A stretch of 64,000 bases of DNA from Botryllus schlosseri (taxonomy: Eukaryota), in the NCBI GenBank assembly GCA_051294905.1, contig CM119372.1:26228001-26292000 (forward strand), read 5' to 3'. Made by a program: the position numbers and the translations under genes. Below, one piece after another: positions 38,058 to 51,110 of this stretch. The notes beneath the pieces were generated by a model. The model saw only the letters and a program-made list of their open reading frames with translations. It was not told where the DNA came from and searched no databases. Numbering within the stretch: position 1 is the first letter of the stretch; every line of letters begins with the position of its first letter.

Positions 38058-39124
38058 GTGTAATAGAATTTGTTATTACACCTCGCATAGGTCAAATACA
38101 TGATTATTACGTCATAAATGGTGGATTTTTACCGCCATCGGTGCGCGTAACGTAGGTAGGTGGTACGCGAGCACTGTATAAAACCTCGAAATGGTACGTG
38201 GGTGGAAAAAGGTTGGGAACCACTGGTTTAGAGTGAGATTTAATGTTTAGTTTTATTAGGATCTCGTCCTATATGAATTAGAGAAGGTGGAGAGAGTCAA
38301 TTGTACGATACGGCGATCTATGACATGATTTCACACAATTACAGTGAGGTTAATGTCACTGATGGTGGCGAGTAGCGCAGTTGGTATGGTATGCCGATAT
38401 AACACAACTAGATCGCGTGTTCAAGTCAAATTGAAATATACTCAAACTCTTGACGGGTTATTCAGGTTAGCGGCCTGTTAATGGTCCGTGAAATGTTCGT
38501 ATACTTTCCAAGTTATAAGGTTTAGAATGATATTGGTCAAGATCACCGATAAAAATTAAATAAAACTACAGTTAACCTATGCAATCAAAACTTCTGACAT
38601 TTTCCACCTGTCTCTGAAATCGGTAGTAATATTCTTATCGTTTTTCGGAAAGCACATTCATACAAATCAGGGTCTGGAAAACCAGGTAGCTTGCGATTCA
38701 CGGCGCATAAGAGTGCTGTTAATGTTCGATGAATAATGGAGTCATCATAATCTGGTCATTATGTTATACTCTTGGACAGTTTACAAGTGTCCCTTCTGCA
38801 AAACGATCCCATTAACGAGTCCTATTTATATGGCAGGGTCTGAGCCGGGCTAATGTTGTTGAGGATTGTATCGCACACACTCGAATGTTCATTCGTCTTT
38901 ACCGTGTCAACAAAACAATAATACTACACTATCTTCTAGAACAGGGACGGGCAACATACGGCTACGGTAAATTAAGCTATGGGCGCGCAGACTTGTAATG
39001 TTCAATCGCCGATGAAAGCGTTCGAAAATAAACGATGCATTTTCGAGACCAACGCATTGTCAATATTCACTAATAGCGCCACAGATATGCGTATTTGTAG
39101 AAATTATATTTTGTTACTATATAT

Positions 39125-39598
39125 CAGGAACGGGCAACATACGGCCCACGACGGGATTTGAGCGACCCGCAGGACTGTTTCCAGTCTTACATGATAATGT
39201 GACCCGTGCCCAGAGCCAACGTGCATTTGAGAGCAAACATTTCTGACCATGAACATTAACATGACAAATGGGCGTTCCAATCTAACTGATGTTCGCGTTA
39301 GGTCTTTACTAAGGGTTTGTAGTTTGTACGTCCGACATGCAGCTATAGAACTTGTTGAAACTTTGATCGACCACATATGTCTCACCGACTTGACAGCCAT
39401 CGAAGTACATTACATTGATAAATTCATTGACTACAGTTTTTGTCTCTATGCTTTAAAGTTAAAGTGTACATTAAATACGATTTATCCCTTATATAGGTGA
39501 ATATGTACGCGATTAATGTATCAATTCAGGAATCCGACCCACCGAGTACTCCATTTCCCCCTATCCGGCCCGCCGGCTGGAGAAGTTACCCGCCCCTG
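39125..39598. mobile_element. hAT MITE
   Basis: Ends CAGGAACGGGCAAC / GTTACCCGCCCCTG; perfect TSD ctatatat; an orphan second left end at 38942. Confidence 0.8.
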
Positions 39599-39788
39599 CT
39601 ATATATCATATCTCAGTCAGACCATTCCGTAGAAATGCAAATCTTTCCTATTGTTAATCTGTACGTGAAGAAGCCCAAAATGAAAAAGAATCCATCGACA
39701 GCGATGAGAATTTAAGTTTTATCTTCCCATATTCTTTTTGAGAATAGTACGATACATACACACAGTTGCATGTCGAATGACATCTCAC

Positions 39789-39947
39789 CCATAACACTTG
39801 CGACGGTGACGATATGGCCATGGTCTCTGTCAATCATACTCGACAGAAATGCTCGCACAGTCCAGAAATGAGCCAGAGAATTTACCCTTATCGTTCTTTC
39901 GATTTCCGCGTCGCTGGTAGACTGGAAGTCTTTGCCGTAAACTATGC
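39789..39947 (-). CDS. SDR16C dehydrogenase exon 4
   Basis: aacAG|GC...G|gtgaga. Encodes IVYGKDFQSTSDAEIERTIRVNSLAHFWTVRAFLSSMIDRDHGHIVTVASVMG (catalytic Asn and Ser region). Confidence 0.95.
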
Positions 39948-40531
39948 CTGTTCATCGAAACGATAAAGATTCATGAAGGAGAGTACATATTTATGACAAA
40001 AACCTATTTCACTTCAACCAATTTTATTGGAATTTTGATTTACGATTTTCACGGTGCGGAGAAGGAGATAAAGTATGATTTATATCAGGGTTTCCCAAAC
40101 TTTTTTGAGCTATCGCCCCGTGGACAACGAATAAAGTTCCAGCACCCCCCGACTCCCCTCGCCTAAATCAATAAACGAAATATGTTCTGCATTTATTACA
40201 GATAATAATGAGACGAATGAAGCTGGTATAATATTATCATCACCCTCGTCATATAGGCATTGAGTTTTGATAAGAACAATAATTATTTCTCAAATTCCAG
40301 TCTCCACGACCCGTACTGTCAATAGTTTTGTGGGATTTTCAACTAACGGTACCGGTATCTACTGTGATTCAGAAACTTTGTCTCGGCTCTGAAAAACGTT
40401 CTATTAAATATGAGCGGCAAATTCGTAAGATCCCTAACAACGAGCACCGCAGAACGATCAAGTCATGTCGCCCACCACCTGCTATACTCAGAGCTATCAT
40501 AGTAAATTAGAGAATTTATGTCGACATGACT

Positions 40532-41122
40532 CAGGTTTGGAATGACTCGAGTCGCGATTTTTTGCTGACTCGACATGACCGTTTACGCGGATGAGATGGC
40601 GAGGAGGAGCCTTGATAGATCTCCAACACTTAGGTAGGAATTCTGGAGTCAACCTCGGTCGGACTCGAACCAGCAACCCATTGGTGATGCAGTTGTGGAT
40701 TATACCACTACGCTATCTCGAACCAAGTCATATGACTCGACACTAGGGCGGCCAAGGCAGAGATTTCATTGTCAATTCGAAGAATGGTAAAATTACCACA
40801 TATTGGTATTTCGTGTATCAGTCGTGATAGTTGGAAAATAGGGCCAGAAACTGTAAAGACTGAGGACAACTTATTATATTATGAATGCGAGCCATTCTAT
40901 ATCCCGCGAGCAGAGTTGAAAAAGGTGGGTTGAACCGGATAGGACTGAAAACTGAACATTGAACGTAATGAGTTGGACTCGGACTCGACCCTCTACCGAC
41001 TCACTTGAGCTCGGACTTGACTCGACGGTGAATTGAAAATGACTCGTCTTGACTCGAGTAAAAACCATAAAAGTGAGATTGACTTGTGATTCGGAACATT
41101 TTGTTACTTGGTCACAACCCTG
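40532..41122. mobile_element. Family E short form, interrupted by a SINE 5' half (about 40582-40720, minus strand)
   Basis: Inverted homologue of 11475-12011; inserted segment reads AGCGTAGTGGTATAATCC...GGTTCGAGTCC on the minus strand. Confidence 0.8.
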
Positions 41123-41439
41123 ATTTGACTAAGTATTATAGTTATTGACTAAGCTACTGGTCCCTTTTGTTCTCTGCGCATCCCTCAAGTAAATATTGTA
41201 AAGTATCCTAATTTCCTCACCAGAGTAGGATCAGCCCAAATCAATCACATCGCCACAAGATACAGCATAGCGCGAACGTCTTATTTAAAATGCATAAAAT
41301 CGAAACCCGAAATCCGAATTCACTTCGTATTTATGGGCCAAATCGAAGGCCATAATCCGTCAATTACCCAAATAGTCTGATAAGACGCGTCGAACTTAGA
41401 ACCATTAGAATCGTCATGCCCAATGCCAATTCAGTTCAC

Positions 41440-41589
41440 CTGCGTTGTTGATGAGTATCGTGACTTCTCCTGCGATCTTACGCGTCTTTTCAGCCATCTT
41501 GTAGACGTCCTCCCGATCCGAAACGTCGCATGTCATGGCATATGCCTTCCCGCCACGCCTCTTTATCATATCCGCTGTTTCTTCGTTGC
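41440..41589 (-). CDS. SDR16C dehydrogenase exon 3
   Basis: ttccAG|GC...G|gtgaac. Encodes GNEETADMIKRRGGKAYAMTCDVSDREDVYKMAEKTRKIAGEVTILINNAG (CDVS and NNAG motifs). Confidence 0.95.
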
Positions 41590-42289
41590 CTGGAACCAAA
41601 AGGATGTTACAGGTCACAACCACCGAATGACACTGAAATATTGACAATCACTGGCCCACGAAAGAGATTGTTTCCTGGTACAGATAGGCCATTGATGTAC
41701 AATCGCTACATTGATGACAAGTTTGTCATGTTCAATGTGATGCGTTTCTGAACGAATTGAATGCCAGTCACCCGCAACTTCAGCGTACTTTTAAAAAATA
41801 AAATGAAAATTATTTGTCGTTTTTGGATGTCTTCGTCGAGAAGCTGAATAACGATTGTGTAAAATCTCTCATTAGAACGGCTACATTTCAGTGTCGAATA
41901 CCTTTCGAGGGACCATTTTGCACATTGAAATGTAAAATCAATTCAAAACGACCGATGTATGTGCCGATGCTGTCAAAATTGTAGCGTTGTGGTCGAAAAC
42001 TTGTCAAAATTGTTTACAAGGTACATTTCGCTTGTATCGTAGATGTTTGCACTGCCGGTCAACTTATCATTTGACATTTTTCGGCTTGTATCCTACTTTA
42101 TAGGCCATAGCAGACAGGAGGTCTCGAAATAACATCAAGTAACGAAGTCATTATACCAAAGGGTCTGCTTAAAGAGTTTAATTATTATTTACGGCGCCTA
42201 CATTGTCCATGACACCGCATTCAGCTCTACCCTGCATTACCGGTAAATTTGATTACGTGAGCAGAGAGAAGATAAAAATTGGTAGCAAC

Positions 42290-43155
42290 GCGAACCTTTT
42301 CGAAAGGTTCTGTTTGAACGCGACCGTGAACCTATGACCTCACATGGTGTCATATTGCCAATGCCTATCCTACATTTCATGGAAGTGATATAATGTACGC
42401 GCTATCGATGACTCAGGCTACATTATACCACAATGCTGATGTACATGCTGACTTGCAAGGGAATATAAGCCTATACGCATTAAGGCCAGACCGGACAATG
42501 TATATTCGGCGTCTGACTATATTGGTATGTCGTTATTGAGCAGACTGTAAAACGGGTGTCTATACTTTCTATACTCGATTACCCCATTAACAAGTTATAC
42601 AGTAGCCAACACCCCAATCGCACGGATTTGGTTTTTATGACACAATAGACATTTCAAATCAATATGGAGCATGTATGCCTGCTAGATCTTTTACATTGAA
42701 CAACGATGTGTTCTTTATATCAATTTCATTGATTGGTTGAATTTGAATAACCACCATTCACTGACTACCTGCACGAAGCGTATTTCGCTCTTTATGTTGG
42801 GTGATTGTGGGCCAAGCTTACAGCAGAAAGACACTGAATATTCACAAACTGAAAGGTGGATATTTCGAGCAAACTTTTGTAACAATTATAGCAAGTAAAA
42901 CTTTTCAGACTGACAAGGTGCATACTCGTTTAGTGTTGATTCCGTTCATGCTGCCGGCGCCATGCATAGAGCGATCCGAAATCGAAATGGAAAGAATTTC
43001 TATAAAAGATGCTATAATGACGTGTTAAAATTGTTATATATGAAAAAAGTTCATAGTGCAGAACCTACCAGGGTTCGTTTGTGAACGCGAACCTCTAAAT
43101 TTCTGAGGTTCACACACAAAACGCGAACATGAACCTAACGTTCACACAATCCCTG
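42290..43155. mobile_element. MITE family F copy (inverted)
   Basis: Reverse-complement similarity to 54090-55039; ends TTCACACAATCCCTG. Confidence 0.8.
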
Positions 43156-43790
43156 CTAACCACACATGTAACAGCTTATTATAGACGACTAAAGCGCAAA
43201 ACGAACTGTGCATCTACAGAGTGTTAAAAGAAAAAAACCTTTACAATAGGATATCCGTGCAAAACGAGATCATAGAGTAAATATTTTGCTGTACCCTTTC
43301 AGTTATCAGTTCAGAAAATGCGGGGCATCATTATACGCACCGTGCCACCACAACGTCACAACTCGACTATATTGGTTGGGTCTAAATGTCTGCAACTATA
43401 ATGATGGCAAAAATGGGAATATCATCACAAATAATGTGTAATGTGTATGCGTTAAGTGTGAGTGTGTCTGAGTCTCCTGAGAACCTTGAGACTGGTTCAG
43501 CGAACCCCAATAGTGTCCCACGGTACACCGGTTAAGGACCACTGCAATAAGCATTGGAGATTTGAAATCCGAACCCCCTTCGTTCGGCACTGTACACAGC
43601 CTAAACTCACGACGTTCAGAATTCGGCGACGGGTCGCGCCTATAATTGCCTACAATCAATAATGGCGTGTCGTCACAAATGATAGGTACCAGTTTTGCAT
43701 GTCAAGACCTCCCGCGGAACCCCTAAGGCCCTAAGAATGGTACGCGGAAGCCCGGGTATTCCGTGAAGCACCGGTTAAGAACCACTGGAA

Positions 43791-44713
43791 CCCAAGTATT
43801 GGAGGTTTATCTAGGCTCCTCCTCACCATCTCATCCGTGTAAGCCAGGGCCGGCCAACCTGTGGCCCGCGGGCCACATATGGCCCGCGAGAAGGTTTTGA
43901 GTGGCCCGCGAGGTAATTTCCGAAATTGGTAATGTTATCAAAAATGGATTGCACAGATTGTGAACTTGGAAGGCCAGCCAAAAATTTGATTAGTCTGGAA
44001 GCAACACTTGAGATGTAATGACTAAAATTTTAGTTCCGACGCATTGACATTTCCACGAGCCAGTCACACTTTGGTAGATCTTCGTACACTGCAATAAAGC
44101 AGAATAATTTGCGATAAATGTATCAAAAGTAAATATCTTCTACAATCTACACGCTTCGCGCAACATATTGTCGCTCGATTTCTTGCTTTTAATATTGGTA
44201 CTCCTTTATGAAAATGAAAGAACGCCTAATGGATCAGATTGAGTCTAACTATATTCTCGATTACGAGACAAAGTGTCGTTCAACATACGCGACATTGCGT
44301 TTGCGCTCGCAGAAAGACCGTCGACTATGAAACCTAGGCACAAATTAATGATTGACGCATGTTGGTCGAAGCTTTCGAAATTGATATGTCCAGGCCCTGA
44401 ATAGTCCATCCCTTGCAAACTGAGCCCAGCGATATACTGTAGGCCCGCACTATAGTCAAGTGACAATATTATTCAGCTATGAACTTCGAAAAAATTTCGC
44501 GCTTAGCGCGGCTAGTGGCCCGCGCAGTATTTCGTCAATCGAATGTGGCCCTTTGGCTGAAAAGTTTGGCCAGCCCTGGTGTAAGCGGTGTCTTATAAAA
44601 GCCCAGAAGTAGGCCATGCTACAAGTCAGCAGCTACGGAATAAAAATGAAGAAAAATTGGCCTGGTGTAAATGACCATAGTAGTCGAAAAACACCATGAA
44701 TACAACAAACAAC
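43791..44713 (+). mobile_element. 5'-truncated SINE split by a hAT MITE
   Basis: SINE halves at 43791-43844 and 44587-44713; 14-bp TSD aagaaccactggaa. Confidence 0.8.
43845..44578. mobile_element. hAT MITE with GGCCCGCG subterminal motifs
   Basis: TIR CAGGGC(C/T)GGCCAA; perfect TSD gtgtaagc. Confidence 0.9.
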
Positions 44714-44798
44714 AAGAACCACTGGAATAGAGTCTTTTGATTTCGACTGGCATACATGGATTTCAATCTAATATCAACTCATTTCAGGTCAACCATAC

Positions 44799-44941
44799 CT
44801 GATTCGTTAATGTCCCACAGCACCATCGTCGCTCCCCGTTTCGAAAACTCCATGGCCATCAATCTACCGATACCACTGCCGGCGCCAGTTATCAGACACA
44901 CTTCATCTCGCACGCTCTTATATTTGGTCGGAAGAATCCAC
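44799..44941 (-). CDS. SDR16C dehydrogenase exon 2 (Rossmann motif)
   Basis: ttcAG|G...G|gtatgg. Encodes [47 protein letters not shown] with TGxxxGxG. Confidence 0.95.
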
Positions 44942-46069
44942 CTGAACAAAAGTTAGATCAACTTCATTTTACGAATTCCCCAACTTCACGAGACAGACTC
45001 GATAACGCTTGACTAAAGTATACTTTGTTCGAGTATGACACGTTATAAACATCATGTTCCAGCGTATCGTATCAGCGCACGTTTGAAGCTAAACAAATAT
45101 AGAATTCAATGAATAATTTTAGTCGGTGACTTTTCTTTTCTCATTGACGTTATTGTGCGAGTTCATTTTAGACCAGGGGTCGGGAATCTTTTTAGAAAAA
45201 GGAGCCATATTGATCCTAAATATTCAATTGTAATGCCCAAAGTGCCATACATCGATATGAATTATTACGTCACAACCGAAGATTCATGACGTCATTGAGG
45301 CAGAAAAGCAAAGTTAACTACATGAGGAATTCGTCATGTACACCATATATTCTGCGTAAACACTGGTGTGATGCTATAATGCCCGCACTAATGTGGCCTG
45401 TTGCCAACAATGATATAGACAACCGTAAACGTGCCAATTAGAATTAACTGCATTGTCTTCAGTAGCACGACTTTTCAAGAAGTTCTATAGTTCTACTGAC
45501 AGTGACGCGCTGTTCATTCAGTGGCTCCAACCATGGCCTACTAGGCCATGCTCCAACCCAGGAAAAAAACTGCACCGGCGGATACCAATATTAACAGATA
45601 TCATTTGGTTAACTTTACCATTAGATTTTCAAATCCTTTAGTACAGCAGCATAACGTTGCGCCACAACACGACATTTTAATGGAGTTGCGAGCAACCTAC
45701 CTATCAATCGGGATTTCGGATGACTATATTTGTAATTAAGAATACGTGCGATGTGGGGTGCATCGAATTATGACATTAGATGGTTGCCTGCGCGATAGCA
45801 ACTAAAAGATTTTGCAACTATACAAAATATACCAACTTTACAAATTATCGCGCTCGACCGATTAGATTTGCGTCTAATGAATACACCGAAAAATTGAAGT
45901 TTTTTCACCATTATCGAAATAAATCTATTACATTATGCAATGAAATAAGCAATTGTCCGCCGGCAATATTTGACGTTAATTTTAGGAATTTGTAACGGAG
46001 GTTCCGAGACCCTAAAACCTCCTGCATGTGCCACTTTTGACCCTTGAAAGACTTATCACAGCTACCACT

Positions 46070-46337
46070 AGCAAAACGATTTCGGTTATAATCCACAGCC
46101 GTGACACCAATGGGTTGCGGGTTCGAGTCCGACCAAGGTCGACTCCGGAATTCCTACTTAATTGTTGGAGGTTTATTTAGGGCCCTCCTCGCCAGCTCAT
46201 CCGTGTAAGAGGTGCCTTATAAAAGCTTAGAAGCGGGCCATGCTACAAGTCGGCATCTGGAGAAACGTAGCCTGGTGTAAAGGTCTATATGTAGTAGTCG
46301 ACAAGTCGACAAACACTATGAATACCACAAACAACAA
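46070..46337 (+). mobile_element. tRNA-derived SINE, near full length
   Basis: B-box GGTTCGAGTCC; body and CAA tail shared with 17792-18031. Confidence 0.8.
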
Positions 46338-47026
46338 TACCGATTTGGATCGTTATGAAGATTTAAAAAATCCGCAAATTGATAAATAAGATGCGAATTA
46401 AGTGACAAGTAAATAATACTTTAGAGAACCATATCATATCAGCAAATGAGCCATACACGACTAGCGAGCCATAGATCCCAAACCCAGTCTAGACCATTCC
46501 AAAATAGATAGACATAATATTGTTGCGATAGTTGCACATGTTGAAACGTGTTTTGTGTGTATTTTCCGGCAAGGTGACGTACTATATACGTGTTCAATAC
46601 GTTCAGAAATACGAGGCGTTGCCTGAGAAAGTGCCATCGTATTGTTCGGTCGCAACGCAACATCGTAATACAAAGCTATTATTTGCAAATGAGCTATTAA
46701 ATAATCTCATGTCCCACAGGTTGAAAGCCCCTGGTCTGTTTTCACACAACTCCATATTGAAAGCACAAAAATTTGAATCCATAGTGGAAACATAAAAATT
46801 TCAAAGCTGCATTCCATATCCGACAGTATCACTCTCCACTACTGATGGTAATAGAAAATATTCAAATGACAGCTTCAAAGGTCAAAGTAGAGAAGGGTTC
46901 TATGTGAACCGCAGTCGAACATGAGACTGTCCAGTGTCCACCCTAAGGAACGTGTGAACGCAGTTTTCAATCGTGGGCGTTGCTCCTCTTCGCCTTCGCG
47001 AAGCCAAAATGGAATGTACTTGCTAT

Positions 47027-47534
47027 TAGGGCTGGGCACAATGATTCGAGTACTCGAATCGGAATCGAGTATTTATATTTTAATGATTGGAATCGAGTAT
47101 AGCAAAAGACGATCTTTTTCGAGTACTGAAATTATACGCTCATCGCCATTGAAAGTTAATTTGTCGACACTAATTTTCACTGTTGAAGCCTTGAAATCTT
47201 GATTGACCGTATTGTAGCATACGAAACATATAGTACCAAGCTACGAACGTTACTGGAAATAGCACTTTTCCGAAGTCATGATCATCCCACAACACTGTCA
47301 ACTAGTGCAATGAAACCTGTATGGTCGAAAAAATACCGTCGTTTCTTAAATGTGATGGATATAACAGGCATTATATTCTTTGTGGGTGCATAAAAAGTAA
47401 ATATTTGAACTTAGACATATATTAAATTCTGTTGTGATGTCATAATGAGTGATACTCGATTACTCGACTAGACGCGAAGTATAATACGTGATTCAGAATC
47501 GAATCACTCAGGTACTTGATTTTGCCCAGCCCTA
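47027..47534. mobile_element. MITE family H
   Basis: TIR TAGGGCTGGGCA; degenerate TSD cttgctat/ctcactat; inverted copy at 50636-51110. Confidence 0.85.
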
Positions 47535-49313
47535 CTCACTATTCCCAAACCTAGACACGGGTATGGGTCCTTCGGCGTCCGGTGTGGTAACGCAACTGAA
47601 CTCGGCAATGCTGACCGTGCCCTGGAAATACTTTTATTTACATGGGAAGGAACGGAGCCCCTTCCCATTGCTCTGATGTCAAACTGAAGAAATTCAAATG
47701 GATACGGGTACACGGTGGTAGTAACTGGTAGCCCTTTGCATTAATAAGTACCATGGTTTCAAAAACGTTAACGACCCCTGCTCTGAACAAAAATGAAAAT
47801 CATGATGTTTGGTAATGTATATGATGGGGCCATCTCGACAATTACATCCAGACACATTAGCGGATGCTTTCCACTGCCTGGCTGTTGTTCGATGAATTGC
47901 ATTCCCAGAATGGTAGACGGCGAATACACATTGACCGAAAATGACATACACATGTTGGCCGAAAGTCTCGATAACGATATGTCCAGGCGCCGAAATGACA
48001 GCGTCCTATAGGTTGCTTTTGCAATCTTAACCCCCCACCCCATGGTACAAGAGGAAATGAATTGTGTAGAAATGCGAATTTGGGGTCGCATATACGTCCG
48101 ATCAATAGCGGTATGGAAACCATAAAGACTTTAGGCGACACTGGTGATGCGGCCCTTGTCTTGATTGTAAATGTTTACATAAATAACTCAAATTTATTGT
48201 TTGGTCTTAGAAAAACTCTGACTGATTTCACCTGCTCTCAACATCACGTTTCCAACGTCGTATCATTCTTTTTGGACATTTCATTTTATGCATATGACCC
48301 CAAAATAATTCATGTTCCTAAACTACAAGTCTGAAATTTTTCCACGCTTCGTGTAGAAAATATACACGAACCAATACGACCGATATATTTTCATAAACGT
48401 GCACTCTTAAAATATTTTGTAACTGTGTATTCACACTCGAAGGGTGGTAGCCTACATGAAAACATAACATAACTCAGAATTAGGCCTATATCGAGGTTAT
48501 AAATCTTACGTGCCTACATTCCTATATTATACTTCGTGCGAGCATAATTTGGATTAAAATATTGTATTTAATTCATACCGCGGTGTAAGTCTGAGGTATG
48601 TTCTGGTTTCGTTTATCACGGGTGTATCTTCACACTTACATATCACGGGTGGTATAGGGGTGTGAATGCACACTTTTTTCGCTAAGAATGTATCAATATA
48701 ATTTAATTTATGCAGAGCAGGGGTCGGCAAACCACGGCCCACGGGCCGCATGCGGCCCTCGAAACACTCAAGAAAATATTGATAAAATGCGTACTAAAAA
48801 TCTAATTATTGCGGCGACTAGACGAAAACTTTTCTTAATAGATTTCAGCATGCCGATGTCTTACAATGATGTTTATATGTACGGTAATTTTCGCTGCTAC
48901 CGCAATAGCCTGACCTCAAGGCACACGCATTCTCAAAGGTTTAACTGGCTGAACATCACAGAAAGTCAAAACAGAAATAATATTATACGGTTGACGAGCG
49001 TAATTTTGAATTAGAAACTCCAGCAAGTTTATTGCCTTTAGTGCCGTGCTTGGAAAACATGATTCGCGCGTGTGTTAGGTAGATTCGTCCTCGATATGTA
49101 TTTTACATTTATATTAGCAATATATTGTAGAAACGTATTTAAAGGTAACATGAGTATGGTGCTGTCAGCATTGTGTGTCCGGGAGGTAACGCAAAAGTTT
49201 TATCAGCAAATCTATGAATAGATCGTTGCCCGCATATTCAAATTGTCATCCTGTTGCAAGAATCAGCTCAAGAGACACCCATCGCTAATTTTGTCAAATT
49301 GGTTATTGATAAC

Positions 49314-50624
49314 CAGGGGCGTATCCAGAGCGCGAAAAAGGGGGGGGTTTTGCGTTACGAAATTGGCTATTGTGACGTCATCATTACGATCATTCGTCTC
49401 CACGCCCTGGCGAATAATTAATACATTATAGTTTAATAATAAACAGAGATTTGCGGTGAGTGGGAGATGTACGAATACGATACGGACATTGCCTGAAAAT
49501 CGCGTTTCTTTCATGGTCTGATTGAAAGAAATTCGTAAATGCTCACATTTAGTCATGAGCCGGCAAATGCCGCCCGTCTTCAAGCGCCTAGTTCCGGTCA
49601 GAGATGCGCGATTTTGTTGGGTTTTGACGATATTATGCGCACGGTCGGTAGTATCGCAGCGGACGAACAAGCGCGGAATAGGGCGGTAGCATAAACGAGG
49701 GCGATCGCCACAGAGAGGTGTGGTGTGAACAGTGTACGTCGTACACGAATGTGTGCTTTTCGATGGCTTTACTAGCCATACGGCTGAGCGTGTAGTACGC
49801 GCGAAGATAATTAGACCTTAATTGCAAGCACGCAAGTCAGTCAACTAATACAGAGTACACACTGGGATAATAACTTGATCGACAGAGAAACTTGTCAGCC
49901 GATATAATTAGGCTTTACCACTAGGCCTACTCAATTCTCCCGTTCAGCGACAACATAGGCCTGTATTTGGACGACAGCAAGCCACCTAACAATCGGGAAC
50001 GTGGATTGCTAGGATTGTATTTTGAAATGTGAATGTCAATCCATTTCTCGCCAATAATCGCGAATACAATGTGGATTTGAGAATAGCATTGTCGTTCTGG
50101 TGCCGTCGTGTCTGCGTCTCGCTGATCAATCAACACGCCGCCGCGTGCAATTCTTAATTAGGATTTCAAGGCGAGCAGGTGGAGCGAATTCGCGAGCGAT
50201 GTTGATTGCCGACAACTTCGTCTTTGCAATTACGTATCGCGTCGGCCAATTAGATTAGATTTTCCTAAAATGAGTCTCTCGTTTTAGCAAGGCGAGAGAG
50301 AAATCGAGGGAAGAAAGTTGAGAACGTCGGCAATTGCCACAGCTGAAATGTAGCTGAACAAGTACAGAATTCGCATGGAATTAGCGAAATATAATGACCT
50401 ATTTTATCCTTTCGACTAATTCGGCGCATAATTCCAATATTTTGTAGGGGTCTTAGTCCCCTTAAATAACATTAAGACGCCATATTCGCCTTCTCATACG
50501 TAAAAACGAATATGTTAAACTAATAAATTAGCAAATATTAGAGGCTATATTTGACATCAATTTTTAGGATTTTGAAAAGGGGGGGGTTCCGACCCCCTAA
50601 AACCCCCCCCTGGATACGCCACTG
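49314..50624. mobile_element. Non-autonomous DNA transposon with 8-bp TSD
   Basis: TIR CAG(G/T)GGCGTATCCAG; perfect TSD ttgataac. Confidence 0.85.
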
Positions 50625-50635
50625 TTGATAACGAC

Positions 50636-51110
50636 TAGGGCTGGGCAAAATCGATTCGATTCTGAATCACGTATTATGCTTCGAGTCGAGTCGAGTAATC
50701 GAGTATCACTCATTATGACGTCACGACAGAATGTAATATGTCAAAGTTCAAATATGTACCTTTTATGCACCCACATTATATCCATCACATTTAAGAAACT
50801 TCGATATTTTTTCGACCATACAGGTTTCATTGCACTAGTTGACGGTGTTGTGGGATGATCATGACTTCGGAAATGTGCTATTTCCAGTAACCTTCGTAGC
50901 TTGATACTATATGTTTCGTATGCTACAATACGGTCAATCAAGGTTTTAAGGCTTCAACAGTGAAAATGAGTATCGACAAATTAACTTTCAATGGCGAGGA
51001 GCGTATAATTTCAGTACTCGAAAAAATCCTCTTCTACTACTCGACTCGAATCATTAAAATAAATACTATATTTAGATTCGTGTATACTCGAATCATCGTG
51101 CCCAGCCCTA
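50636..51110. mobile_element. MITE family H copy
   Basis: TIR TAGGGCTGGGCA; perfect TSD ataacgac. Confidence 0.9.

Larger units (their letters stand above)
36328..38225. mobile_element. hAT MITE hosting nested insertions
   Basis: TIR CAGTGGTTCCCAACCT; perfect TSD gtttagag; GTGGTACGCG subterminal motifs. Confidence 0.88.

Noticed and set aside
46085..46132. tRNA gene
   Set aside because: Has a B box but I could not fold a full cloverleaf; it continues into the SINE body.
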